The notes below the pieces were generated by a model. The model was not told where the DNA came from and did not search any database. It saw nothing but the letters and a program-made list of their open reading frames with translations. From contig JBDHIS010000021.1 in NCBI GenBank assembly GCA_039587315.1, positions 1,972 through 65,971 of the forward strand: DNA of 64,000 bases. Reading direction: 5' to 3'. Numbering within the stretch: the stretch's first letter is position 1; each line of letters begins with the position of its first letter. Source of the stretch: Gemmatimonadota bacterium. GTDB taxonomy: Bacteria; Gemmatimonadota; Gemmatimonadetes; Gemmatimonadales; GWC2-71-9. A program made the position numbers and the translations under genes. Shown piece after piece: positions 46,852 to 57,546 of the stretch.

Positions 46852-47774
46852 AGAAGATCACCGTAGTTGGAGCGGGCCACGTGGGCGCCACGACGGCGCA
46901 GCGCCTGGCCGAGAAAGAGCTGGCACGTGAGATAGTGCTCGTAGACATCCTGGAGGGGATTCCGACAGGGAAGGGCCTCGACCAGACACAGTCGGGTCCG
47001 GTCGAGGGATTCGACAGCAGAGTGATCGGAGCCAACGACTACGAGCTGGCCGCGGGAAGCGACCTGTTCGTGGTCACGGCCGGCATTCCGCGCAAACCCG
47101 GCATGAGCCGCGACGACCTCGTGAAGACGAACGCGGACATCGTCAAGTCGGTGAGCCAGGAAATCAAGCGGGTGGCGCCCGACTCAATCGTGATCGTCGT
47201 GTCCAACCCGCTCGACGTGATGACCTGGGTGGCGAAGGAGGTCACGGGGTTCCCACGCGAGCGAGTGATCGGCATGGCGGGCATTCTGGACACGGCGCGC
47301 TATCGTGCCTTCCTGTCCGAGGCAATCGACATCTCGGTCGAGGACATCCAGGCGATGGTTCTGGGCGGCCACGGGGACTCGATGGTGCCGCTCATTTCGT
47401 ACACGACCGTCTCCGGCATTCCGGTGACACAGATGATCAATGGCGACAAGCTCGAAGCCATCGTCACGCGTACCCGCAAGGGCGGCGGAGAGATCGTCAG
47501 TCACCTCAAGACCGGTTCCGCCTACTACGCGCCCTCGGCGGGCGCGGTGCAGATGGTCGAGGCAATCGCCAAGGACAAGAAGCGGTTGCTGCCGTGCGCG
47601 GCGTGGCTCGAAGGAGAGTTCGGCCTGAGCGGTCTGTTCGTGGGCGTACCCTGTAAGCTGGGTGCGGGTGGCCTCGAGAAGATCGTCGAGATCGAGCTCA
47701 CGGCCGAGGAGCAGGCGGCTCTCGAGAAGTCCGCCGAGGCAGTGAAGAGCACCTGGGCGGTGGTAACGCTCTAG
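46848..47774 (+). CDS. mdh: malate dehydrogenase (LDH-like family)
   Basis: [28 protein letters not shown] and [10 protein letters not shown]. Confidence 0.92.
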   Translation: MKKITVVGAGHVGATTAQRLAEKELAREIVLVDILEGIPTGKGLDQTQSGPVEGFDSRVIGANDYELAAGSDLFVVTAGIPRKPGMSRDDLVKTNADIVKSVSQEIKRVAPDSIVIVVSNPLDVMTWVAKEVTGFPRERVIGMAGILDTARYRAFLSEAIDISVEDIQAMVLGGHGDSMVPLISYTTVSGIPVTQMINGDKLEAIVTRTRKGGGEIVSHLKTGSAYYAPSAGAVQMVEAIAKDKKRLLPCAAWLEGEFGLSGLFVGVPCKLGAGGLEKIVEIELTAEEQAALEKSAEAVKSTWAVVTL

Positions 47775-47811
47775 ACGGTCACGGCGCCGCGACTTGCGGC
47801 ACGCTCCGCTG

Positions 47812-47838
47812 CGGCCTGGCCCTTTTCGGGCCGGGCCG
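47812..47838 (+). terminator. intrinsic terminator after mdh
   Basis: CGGCCTGGCCC-TTTTC-GGGCCGGGCCG, followed by TAGCTTTT. Confidence 0.6.
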
Positions 47839-47876
47839 TAGCTTTTGGAGCCAACTACTCGAGCCGGAGGCGAACT

Positions 47877-48428
47877 ATGGACGTCACAATCCTCTCGTTG
47901 TGGCTCCCCATCCTCTTGTCGGCGGTCATCGTCTGGGTCCTCAGCTCACTCGTTTGGACTGTCATGCCGCATCGCAAGAAGGAGTTCAGCGGCGCCCCGA
48001 ACGAAGAAGCCGTACGGAGCGCGTTGAGGGATGCCGCGCCGGGACAATACTGGGTGCCGTGGGGCCAGGACTTCAAGGACGCGGGCCTGCACCAGAAGTA
48101 CAAGGAGGGCCCGACCGGCATCATTCAGTTGTGGCAGCCGGGCATGCCCAACATGCCCAAGAACCTCGGGCTGTCCTACCTGTACTACGTAGTCGTCGGG
48201 ATCGTGGTCGCGTACATAACGAGCCGCACGCTGGGATCGGGTGCCGAGTACCTGCAGGTACACCGCGTTGCGGGCTGCGTCGCCTGGGTTGCATACTCGT
48301 TCGCCGTGATTCCCGAGTCCATCTGGTTCGGCAGGCCGTGGAGCTCGACAGTCAAGACACTGTTCGAGGCGCTGGCGTACGGGCTGTTCACCGGCGGGGT
48401 GTTCGGTTGGCTCTGGCCGGGAGGATAG
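47877..48428 (+). CDS. hypothetical membrane protein
   Basis: Four hydrophobic segments. GGAGG lies upstream of the ATG. No family recognised. Confidence 0.55.
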   Translation: MDVTILSLWLPILLSAVIVWVLSSLVWTVMPHRKKEFSGAPNEEAVRSALRDAAPGQYWVPWGQDFKDAGLHQKYKEGPTGIIQLWQPGMPNMPKNLGLSYLYYVVVGIVVAYITSRTLGSGAEYLQVHRVAGCVAWVAYSFAVIPESIWFGRPWSSTVKTLFEALAYGLFTGGVFGWLWPGG

Positions 48429-48474
48429 TGATCAACGTCGTGATGCGGCGGGCCGCCGGGCCCGCCGCGCTCGG

Positions 48475-48885
48475 CTACTTCCCCTCGTAGACCACGTAGT
48501 TCCGAGGCGTCTCCCACAACACGAGCCGCGCCAACGCTCCCGGCAGGTGTCCCTCCAGCAGCCGCCAGATCACGACCACGAGATTCTCCGCAGTGGGATT
48601 CAGCTCGCGGAACTCGGGGACGTCCAGGTTGAGGTTCTTGTGATCCAGGTAGGAGACCACGTGCCTCTCGACGATCTGCTTCACGTCGTCGAGATTGGCC
48701 ACGAACCCGGTTACCGGATCCACCTCTCCGGCGACGGCGACCTCGAGCTCGTAGTTGTGTCCGTGGAAGTTGGGGTTGTTGCACGGCCCGAACACCCTGC
48801 GGTTCTCCTCATCCGAGAGGGAAGGGCTGTGCAGCCGGTGCGCCGCGTTGAAGTGCACCCTGCGCGTGACAGTTACGGTTGGCAT
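48475..48885 (-). CDS. queD: 6-carboxy-5,6,7,8-tetrahydropterin synthase
   Basis: FNAAHRL...CNNPNFHGHNYELEV...LDHKNLN are PTPS/QueD motifs. Confidence 0.88.
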   Translation of the reverse strand: MPTVTVTRRVHFNAAHRLHSPSLSDEENRRVFGPCNNPNFHGHNYELEVAVAGEVDPVTGFVANLDDVKQIVERHVVSYLDHKNLNLDVPEFRELNPTAENLVVVIWRLLEGHLPGALARLVLWETPRNYVVYEGK

Positions 48886-48983
48886 GTTGGGTAGTTACCT
48901 CGGCCCGACCAGCAACGTCAAGCAACTGGCGCCTGCGTGGCGAGGGAACTCGACTGCCGGTCCGTTGACCGACCGCTAGTTCG

Positions 48984-50021
48984 TTGCTACTATTGAAGTT
49001 ACAGCTTGTGGCAACCTCCTCCCTGTTGCGGCGCACAGCACTCGCCGGAGTGCTCGCCCTCTGCTCGGCCCCGGTTCTCCGGGCCCAGGGGGGACTTGCC
49101 GTCACCTATGGCCGCTGGTGGCACGACTCCTCCTCCAGCACCACGCTCACCGCAGCGTACTACGCCAGGCTCCTCGGCCCGTTCGACTTCGGCCTCGGCA
49201 TGTACCACATGGACGATTCCAGGTCCGTGCTCGACCGCACCCAGACCGGAGGTGAACTGTCCCTCGCGGTAGGTCGCCGCGGCGGCGGTCTCTATGTGGT
49301 CGGCTCGCTCGGAATGGGCGTGCGCCATGAGAACGGCAACGTGGACGCGTTGTGGAGCGCCGGGGCAGGATACGGCCTCAGGCTACTCAGTTTCATCCAA
49401 CTGGGGCTCGAGGCCCGCTACAGGGTGGAGGACACCTCCGTGCGCGGTTTCTGGCGCGCCGGCCCCGGGAACCGCAAGGGATTCTCGCTCGACGCCCGTC
49501 TGGCATTGGGCCTCCCGGGAGGCGGTGGCCGCGGCGGACAGCCGCAACCGAGCGGGCCGACATACACGCCGCCCTCGACGTCGGACATCTCCGACGCAGC
49601 CCACGGCGGAGGGGTCACGGGAGAGTCGGCCGACCTCGCCGTCAACGTGGTCCAAACCGCATTGGACGCGATGGGGACGCCTTATCAGTGGGGCGGGACA
49701 GGGGAGGGTGGGTACGACTGCTCCGGCCTGATCCAGTTTGCGTACGGCGAACACGGCATCCTGATTCCCCGGGTGAGCCGCGATCAGGCCCGCGCCGGCA
49801 CCCTCATCGAAAAGGATGTGGCCGCGCTGCGTCCGGGCGACATACTCGGCTTCTCCATCGAGGGCAGCGGGGTGAGCCACGTCGGGCTCTACGTCGGCGA
49901 CGGAACGTTCATTCACAGCGCGTCGAGCGGCGGCGTAAAGCTCTCCAGCCTGACGGCCACGGATGCCGAGAGCCGCTGGTGGCGCCAGCGCTGGATCGTG
50001 GCGCGCAGGGTGCTCAATTGA
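48984..50021 (+). CDS. NlpC/P60 (C40) cell-wall peptidase with an N-terminal beta-rich domain. The start is uncertain.
   Basis: YQWGGTGEGGYDCSGLIQFAY...SHVGLYVGDGTFIHS contains the catalytic Cys and His. Confidence 0.8.
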   Translation: MLLLKLQLVATSSLLRRTALAGVLALCSAPVLRAQGGLAVTYGRWWHDSSSSTTLTAAYYARLLGPFDFGLGMYHMDDSRSVLDRTQTGGELSLAVGRRGGGLYVVGSLGMGVRHENGNVDALWSAGAGYGLRLLSFIQLGLEARYRVEDTSVRGFWRAGPGNRKGFSLDARLALGLPGGGGRGGQPQPSGPTYTPPSTSDISDAAHGGGVTGESADLAVNVVQTALDAMGTPYQWGGTGEGGYDCSGLIQFAYGEHGILIPRVSRDQARAGTLIEKDVAALRPGDILGFSIEGSGVSHVGLYVGDGTFIHSASSGGVKLSSLTATDAESRWWRQRWIVARRVLN

Positions 50022-50590
50022 CTCCCTGGATCGAGTGGGTGCCCGAGGACGAGGCGACCGGACAGCTCAAGGAGCTGTACGAGAAGCACAGTGGGCGCTT
50101 CGGAGTGGACCACATCCTCAAGATCCACTCGCTCAACCCCGAGTCGCTCGAAGGTCACTACCGCTACTACGAGCACATCATGAGGGGCCCCTCCGGGCTC
50201 TCCCGCGCGGAGCGCGAGATGATCGCCGTGGTGGTCTCTGCGGCGAACCACTGCCGCTACTGACTGAAGCACCACGGGGCGGCGCTCCGTAGACTGCTCA
50301 AGAACGACGCCAAGTCCACGGCCATCGAAACCGACTACCGGACGGCTCCCCTGGATCGCCGGGAGCGGGCCATCTGCGACTACGTGGCCAAGCTCACTCA
50401 CGAACCGCACGCCATGGAGCAGGCGGACGTGGCGGCGCTGCGTGCGGCAGGACTCGGCGACGGTGAGATCCTCGACGCGTGCCAGGTCGCCGCGTACTAC
50501 GCGTACGTCAACCGCATGGCAGACGGCCTGGGCGTGGAACTGGAAGAGTACTGGCAGCTCATCGAGAAGAGACGCCGCTCCGACCCCTAG
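50018..50590 (+). CDS. AhpD/carboxymuconolactone-decarboxylase-family peroxidase-related protein with one in-frame TGA (50261-50263); candidate selenoprotein or recent pseudogene
   Basis: Track ORFs ending at 50263 and starting at 50384 are in the same frame. Read-through gives ...VVSAANHCRY[TGA]LKHHGAALRRLL...DYVAKLTHEPH..., so the TGA sits at the second Cys of the CxxC-x3-H motif. A 17-nt hairpin begins 11 nt after the stop (10-nt spacer). Confidence 0.55.
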
Positions 50591-50621
50591 ACCCCCCCCA
50601 AATCCCACGCGTTTGGTCCCC

Positions 50622-50649
50622 TTGACAGTGTTAGGCCCGCGGCTATCTT
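50622..50649 (+). promoter_or_regulatory. sigma70-like promoter of groESL
   Basis: TTGACA-N16-TATCTT, immediately upstream of CIRCE. Confidence 0.5.
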
Positions 50650-50660
50650 TCGAGGTGTCA

Positions 50661-50687
50661 TTAGCACTCCCTGACAGTGAGTGCTAA
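50661..50687 (+). promoter_or_regulatory. CIRCE operator (HrcA binding site)
   Basis: TTAGCACTC-N9-GAGTGCTAA is a perfect match to the CIRCE consensus, upstream of groES. Confidence 0.9.
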
Positions 50688-50737
50688 CACCACGTAAACC
50701 ACTGTCCACCCAAGACTTACGCATAGGAGGCAAGTGC

Positions 50738-51049
50738 ATGCCTGCTACCAAGAGCAAGTCGAAGATGAAGATCCAGCCGCTGGGCGACCGCGTGGTCGTG
50801 CGGCCGCTGGAGGAGGCCGAAGAGATGCGCGGCGGGCTGTACATCCCCGACACCGCGAAGGAGAAGCCGCTGCAGGGTGAGATCATGGCGGTCGGGCCCG
50901 GCCGGTTCGAGAAGAGCGAGCGGGTCCCAATGGAGCTGGAGGCTGGTCAGAAGGTGCTGTACTCCAAGTACGCGGGTACCGATGTGCGCGTCGGCGACGA
51001 CGAGCTCCTCATCATCAAGGAATCAGACGTCCTCGCCGTAATCGAGTAG
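50738..51049 (+). CDS. groES: co-chaperonin GroES
   Basis: KIQPLGDRVVVRPLEEAE...GLYIPDTAKEKPLQGEIMAVGPG. AGGAGG lies 7 nt before the ATG at 50738. Confidence 0.9.
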   Translation: MPATKSKSKMKIQPLGDRVVVRPLEEAEEMRGGLYIPDTAKEKPLQGEIMAVGPGRFEKSERVPMELEAGQKVLYSKYAGTDVRVGDDELLIIKESDVLAVIE

Positions 51050-51065
51050 AGGACAGGAGGCATAA

Positions 51066-52715
<1,650 letters not shown>

Positions 52716-52743
52716 GAGCCTTCGGGCTAACTTGGCGGAAAGC

Positions 52744-52773
52744 AAAGCGCCCCGGCTTAGGCCGGGGCGCTTT
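52744..52773 (+). terminator. intrinsic terminator after groEL
   Basis: AAAGCGCCCCGGC-TTAG-GCCGGGGCGCTTT. Confidence 0.7.
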
Positions 52774-52800
52774 CGTCATCCCGAGGATCGTCCGGCGCTC

Positions 52801-53793
52801 TCAGCGCGCCTCGATCACGATCCTGGCGATCGTAGCCGAGTCCGCACCGAGCAGCCCCACCTTGGGCAACCTCCACAGCAGCTCGACCCAGCTCTCGTCC
52901 TGCTCGAACGCCCTCCTGAACAGGGGGATGGCTTCATCCACCCGTCCCAGGTCTGCCAGCGTCACCGCCTGCCAATAGACGAGCTCCCCGTTCGTGGCGC
53001 CGTCGGGAAGGTACTTCGCCGCCGTGGCATACGAGGCGAGCGCCGAGTCTACGTTGCCAACCGTGAGGTAATTGTCACCATCCGTGGCGGCGCGGTACGC
53101 CCTGGCCACCGTCAGGTGGTCGCGCAGCGTCCCGAGAGGGTTCGGGGAGTCCTCGACCCGCAGGTCGAACAGCTTCTCCCACGCCGGCGCCTCCGGGTCC
53201 CCACTCACCACGATCAGCGCTGCGGACTGCTGCCCGCGAATGTCGCCGCCGGCCTTCTCGGCCGCCTCCAGCGCCGCCATCATCCGCTCCGCCAGGTCAC
53301 CCTCCGTAGTCTCGAAGGCCTCGGCCATCGCGGGCCACACGGCATCGCTGCGCATGAGGTTTGCCTGTACCGAATACCAGCGCCCCACGTGGTTTCCGGC
53401 GGCCGGGATGTTGCGCGAGCCGGTGTGCGATGCGGCGCGGCCTTGGGCATCGATCATCCCTATCTGGCGCACCTGGCTGTCGGGATCGGCGCGCAGCAAA
53501 CGGGCCAGCGTCTCGGGTGCCGAGACACCCGTGCGCATGAGCCCGAGCCCCTCCGGCCCGTACGCCGGCCTCACGAACGACTGCGTCGCGACCGCGCCCA
53601 CGCCCGGCTCGGCCCAGGTGACTATGCTCCCGACGCTGAACCAGTGCGATTGGACGGCGGCGCCGATCTCGCCGGTGACGGAGTCGACGGCAACGATGGA
53701 GTAGGTGTGCACCGGCCTGAGCGGGCGATCCTGTTGGGCGCTCGCCGGCCCGGCCAGGACGACTAAGCACATGGGAATGAGCAACCGCATCAT
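52801..53793 (-). CDS. DUF1028-family (Ntn-hydrolase-like) secreted protein with a C-terminal TPR-like extension
   Basis: HTYSIVAVDSVTGEIGAAVQSHWFSVG...AEPGVGAVATQSF is the typical DUF1028 N-terminus, following the signal peptide MMRLLIPMCLVVLAGPASAQ. Confidence 0.8.
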   Translation of the reverse strand: MMRLLIPMCLVVLAGPASAQQDRPLRPVHTYSIVAVDSVTGEIGAAVQSHWFSVGSIVTWAEPGVGAVATQSFVRPAYGPEGLGLMRTGVSAPETLARLLRADPDSQVRQIGMIDAQGRAASHTGSRNIPAAGNHVGRWYSVQANLMRSDAVWPAMAEAFETTEGDLAERMMAALEAAEKAGGDIRGQQSAALIVVSGDPEAPAWEKLFDLRVEDSPNPLGTLRDHLTVARAYRAATDGDNYLTVGNVDSALASYATAAKYLPDGATNGELVYWQAVTLADLGRVDEAIPLFRRAFEQDESWVELLWRLPKVGLLGADSATIARIVIEAR

Positions 53794-53871
53794 CGAGCTC
53801 CTGTCTGTGTATCAACTGCAGCGGGCGTCTCTCTGGTGGCGCCCTCCACAATGGAGAGATAGTTTCGACAC

Positions 53872-54282
53872 ATGACGCTTCGAACCCTCTCGATCATGGG
53901 ACTCGGCCTGGCCCTGTGGCCAGCCGGGCTCAACGGGCAGTCCGCGCAGAGCGGGAACCTGCCCGATATAACCGGCACTTGGCAAGTGGAAACACCGGAT
54001 GGCCCGCAGACCGTCGTTGTGCGCCCCGACTCATCGGCGAGCTTTGGCGAGGAAACTATCCGGTGGCGTGTGGTTCCGGACACCGTTTACCTGGCTTTCG
54101 GTGACGAGTGGATCGGATACAACTTCGCTCTGAGGGGACGCACGCTGACCCTCTCGGGCGGAGACCTGGAAGAGCCGTACGACCTCAAGCGAGTCGGCCC
54201 ACCCACACCATTGCCCGAAGGACTGGAGGTGCCGCCGGCACCACCCACGCTCGCGGGCACCGTCGGGGAGTCGGAGCGCTGA
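53872..54282 (+). CDS. hypothetical secreted protein
   Basis: Signal MTLRTLSIMGLGLALWPAGLNGQ. No family recognised. Confidence 0.5.
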   Translation: MTLRTLSIMGLGLALWPAGLNGQSAQSGNLPDITGTWQVETPDGPQTVVVRPDSSASFGEETIRWRVVPDTVYLAFGDEWIGYNFALRGRTLTLSGGDLEEPYDLKRVGPPTPLPEGLEVPPAPPTLAGTVGESER

Positions 54283-54301
54283 TGCGGCGCTAGGCCCCGG
54301 C

Positions 54302-56374
54302 ATGAGCGACCCGCCCCAAGGCGCCCAGGGGTCGACTTCAGAGCGCGCGACACTCTCGCGCGAGCTCTCCAATTTCCTCATCGAGTTCTCCATCGCGCTC
54401 AACAAGCACGCGATGTATCCGGGTGGGCACCCTTCGCTGCAGCCCGCCGCGGGCAGGGTGCTCAACCGCATCGAGCCGTTGCTGGGAGGCAAGAGCACGC
54501 TCTCGATCGGGGTAGCTCGGCAGCAGCTCATCATTGAGGGAGTCGCCACGGACCCCAAGAACCCCGTGCTGAAGGAGCTCGCGTCCCGGCTGCACAGGCA
54601 TCACTTGGGGGCCGTCTCGTTCCGGCGCGGCCTGGATCGGGATGAGCTACACGAGGTGTTCCAACTGCTGGCGCAGGAAGCCGACCTCACGGGCCAGCCG
54701 CTCGGCCTCGGTGCGCCCGAGCAACTCGCGGCGTGGCCCCACGCCCAGCTCTATCCCCTCACCTACGAAAGGCTGGAGTTGATCGCGGAGGACGAACAGG
54801 GGGAGGGCAGCGACGAGAAACGCACCCGTGGGGCGCAGCTGTGGGTGGGCCTCGCGCGCGCGGCCATGGCGGAGACCGAGACCGAGACCGATGGCAACGC
54901 CGAGGCCGACCCCGCAGTGGTTGCCGATGCCATTCGGGACCACCCGCAGACGGCGGCGTACGATCAGGTGATCGTGGGCTACATGCTGCAGATAGCGGAG
55001 GAAGTGCGCGCGGCCGGGGGACAGGAGGCGCTCGAGCTCAAGGAACGCATGTCCAAGCTGGTGGGCAACCTTGATCCGCAAACCCTGGAGCGCCTGCTCG
55101 AGATGGGTGGCGACCGGCCGCAGCGCCGCGAGTTCCTGTTGAACGCGGCCCAGGGAATGGCCGCGGACGCCGTGGTCGACCTGGTGCACGCGGCGCACCG
55201 GACGGAAGAGCGACAGGAGGTGTCCAGCTCCCTCATGCGCATGCTGCAGAAGCTCGCGCACCACGCCGAGTCGGGCAGCGGACGACGGCAGCGCGACGCC
55301 GACAGCTCGCTGCGCGAGCAGGTGACCGAGTTGATCGAAGGTTGGTCCTACAAGGACCCGAATCCGCGGACCTACGGTCAGGCACTGACCGAAATGGCAA
55401 GAGCCCGCTCCGTCTACTCCGTCTCACCCGAGCAGCGTTTCGCACCCGAGCCCAAACGCATGGTCCAGATGTCGTTGGAAGCGGGAGCCATGGGCGAGGC
55501 GGTGACGCACGCGGCGGATCGGCTCGCGGAGGAGGGCGACCTCAAGTGGCTTCTGACCACGTTGCAGGAGGTTGACTCGTCGAATGTGACCCAGGGTGTC
55601 TGGCAGCACGTCGCCACACCCGAGATGGTCGGTGCCGTGGCGCACTCCGAGCCCCTCGACGCCGACGCATTGGATCTCCTGCTCCCCAGGGTCGGCATCG
55701 GCGGCGCGGACCCAATGCTGGATTCGCTGGCGGAATCCGATAGCTCCCAGACGCGGCGCTCCCTGCTGGAGCGGATCATCCGCCTGGGCTCCGAGGTGGG
55801 CCCACTCGCGCTGGCGCGGCTTGATGACGAGCGTCCCCACGTGCAGCGCAACATGCTGACCATCATCGCCGAGCTGCCCGAGCCGCCGCGGGGGTTCAAC
55901 GCCACCGGATACGCCAAGCATTCCGATGGCCGCGTTAGGCGGGAGGCCGTCAGGATCATGATGAAGGACCCGACCAGCCGCGAGCGTGCGATCTGTCAGG
56001 CCCTGGCGGACACGGAACCGAAAATCGTGCGAGTGGGCATCACGGGAGCGCAGGTGAACTGTCCGGAGACCGCCGTGTCACTCTTGGTCTCGCGGGTCGA
56101 GAAGCCCGGCGACGAAGAGTTGAGGCTGCTCGCGATCCGCGCCCTGGGACGCACGCACCATCCCCTGGCCCTGCGTACCTTGCTCGCCATTGCCGCGCCG
56201 CGCCGCTTTCTGTTCTGGACCAAGCTCCCGCCCAGAACACCCGAGTACCTGGCCGCCCTTGCTGCATTGCAGGGCCACCCGGACGACCCGCAGGTGCAGC
56301 GCGCCCTGGCGGCCGCCGCCAAGTCGCGGGACGTTGAGATCGCAGCGGCCGCCGCAGGCCGGAAAGGAACCTAG
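54302..56374 (+). CDS. large helical-repeat (HEAT/ARM-like) protein, hypothetical
   Basis: 690 aa and Leu/Ala/Arg-rich. The C-terminal part has HEAT-like repeats (DERPHVQRNMLTIIAEL, DGRVRREAVRIMM, ELRLLAIRALGRT). Its stop overlaps the start of the HD-GYP gene (TAGTG). Confidence 0.6.
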   Translation: MSDPPQGAQGSTSERATLSRELSNFLIEFSIALNKHAMYPGGHPSLQPAAGRVLNRIEPLLGGKSTLSIGVARQQLIIEGVATDPKNPVLKELASRLHRHHLGAVSFRRGLDRDELHEVFQLLAQEADLTGQPLGLGAPEQLAAWPHAQLYPLTYERLELIAEDEQGEGSDEKRTRGAQLWVGLARAAMAETETETDGNAEADPAVVADAIRDHPQTAAYDQVIVGYMLQIAEEVRAAGGQEALELKERMSKLVGNLDPQTLERLLEMGGDRPQRREFLLNAAQGMAADAVVDLVHAAHRTEERQEVSSSLMRMLQKLAHHAESGSGRRQRDADSSLREQVTELIEGWSYKDPNPRTYGQALTEMARARSVYSVSPEQRFAPEPKRMVQMSLEAGAMGEAVTHAADRLAEEGDLKWLLTTLQEVDSSNVTQGVWQHVATPEMVGAVAHSEPLDADALDLLLPRVGIGGADPMLDSLAESDSSQTRRSLLERIIRLGSEVGPLALARLDDERPHVQRNMLTIIAELPEPPRGFNATGYAKHSDGRVRREAVRIMMKDPTSRERAICQALADTEPKIVRVGITGAQVNCPETAVSLLVSRVEKPGDEELRLLAIRALGRTHHPLALRTLLAIAAPRRFLFWTKLPPRTPEYLAALAALQGHPDDPQVQRALAAAAKSRDVEIAAAAAGRKGT

Positions 56375-57546
56375 TGTCCGAGGCCGCAGCCTTTCTCAAC
56401 GCGCTGGCCCAGGCCCTCTCGGCTCTGGCGCTCTACCCCACGGGACACGCGTCCCGCGAGCGTGCTATCGACAGCGCATTCCAGCACCTCTTGGACCTGC
56501 TGGCGCTCGACCCGAGCCCCGAGTTCTCGTTCCTGGGGGACGAGGTCGTCTACGGCACCAGACCGCTGCGCGAGCTGCGCGACTGGGATTGGGGCAAGAG
56601 ACTGTCCAACGTCGCGATCCAGCGCCTCCAGTTCGACGAAACGGCGACGCGCTCGCAGCTAGGGGATTTTCTGGACGAGACGATGGCGCGCCTCACCCTC
56701 AAGGCGATCGACACCTCGGAAGCGCGGCAGATGCGGCCCAGCGGGATCCGGTTCGGCGTGCTCGGAGTGCGCGGCAGCGAGGAGTTCAAAGCCGAGGAGA
56801 TCGCGACGGCCGGCATGTCGTACTCGCTGCGCGACGAAGCGGAGACCATTCGGTGGCTTCACCGCGAAGTGACGGACAAGAACGAGCTCCCCCTGGTTGA
56901 GGCCGAGACCGTGGTACGCTCGTTGGCTGTAGCGATGCACGGCGACGAGCAGATGCTGATGCCACTGCTCAAGCTGCGGCACTACGATGAGTACACGACG
57001 ACACACTCCCTGAACGTGTCGGTCCTGACGATGGGGCTCGCCGAGTGGATGGGCTTGGGGGACAAGGACGTGAGGGCGTTCGGGATCGCGGGGCTGCTGC
57101 ACGATCTCGGCAAGGTGCGCATTCCCTACGAGGTGCTGCACAAGACCGGGACGTTCACCGACGAAGACCGCCGCATCATGGGTCGGCATCCCGCGGAGGG
57201 CGCCAACATAATCATCACGTCGGCTACTGACCTGGACCTCGCCGCAGTGGTGGCCTACGAGCACCACATCATGATCAACGGCGGCGGCTACCCCTCCTTC
57301 CGCTTCAAACGCAAGACCCATAGAGCCAGCCGCCTCGTGCACGTGTGCGACGTGTACGACGCGCTCAGGTCAGACAGACCGTATAGGGATGCCTGGCCGT
57401 CGGCGAAGGTACTGGCCTACATCGAGGAGCGCTCGGGTTACGAGTTCGACGGCGAGGCTGCGCACGCGTTCACGCAGATGATGCGCGAATGGGAGCCGCA
57501 GCTGGTGGAGTTGGACGAGGACGATCGACTTCCGCTGATCAGCTGA
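56374..57546 (+). CDS. HD-GYP domain c-di-GMP phosphodiesterase-type protein
   Basis: THSLNVSVL...GLLHDLGKVRIP...GRHPAEG...HHIMINGGGYP...CDVYDALRSDRPYR contains the HD, HHExxDGxGYP-like and terminal motifs. Confidence 0.85.
   Translation: MSEAAAFLNALAQALSALALYPTGHASRERAIDSAFQHLLDLLALDPSPEFSFLGDEVVYGTRPLRELRDWDWGKRLSNVAIQRLQFDETATRSQLGDFLDETMARLTLKAIDTSEARQMRPSGIRFGVLGVRGSEEFKAEEIATAGMSYSLRDEAETIRWLHREVTDKNELPLVEAETVVRSLAVAMHGDEQMLMPLLKLRHYDEYTTTHSLNVSVLTMGLAEWMGLGDKDVRAFGIAGLLHDLGKVRIPYEVLHKTGTFTDEDRRIMGRHPAEGANIIITSATDLDLAAVVAYEHHIMINGGGYPSFRFKRKTHRASRLVHVCDVYDALRSDRPYRDAWPSAKVLAYIEERSGYEFDGEAAHAFTQMMREWEPQLVELDEDDRLPLIS

Noticed and set aside
48886-48983. preQ1 riboswitch upstream of queD
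   Set aside because: The promoter -10 box lies 6 nt from the ATG, leaving no 5' UTR to host an aptamer.
50261-50263. TGA reassignment (alternative genetic code) as the explanation for the in-frame stop
   Set aside because: TGA clearly functions as a stop throughout the window, for example in the many ATGA/GTGA stop-start overlaps. Only Sec recoding or a nonsense mutation remain plausible.
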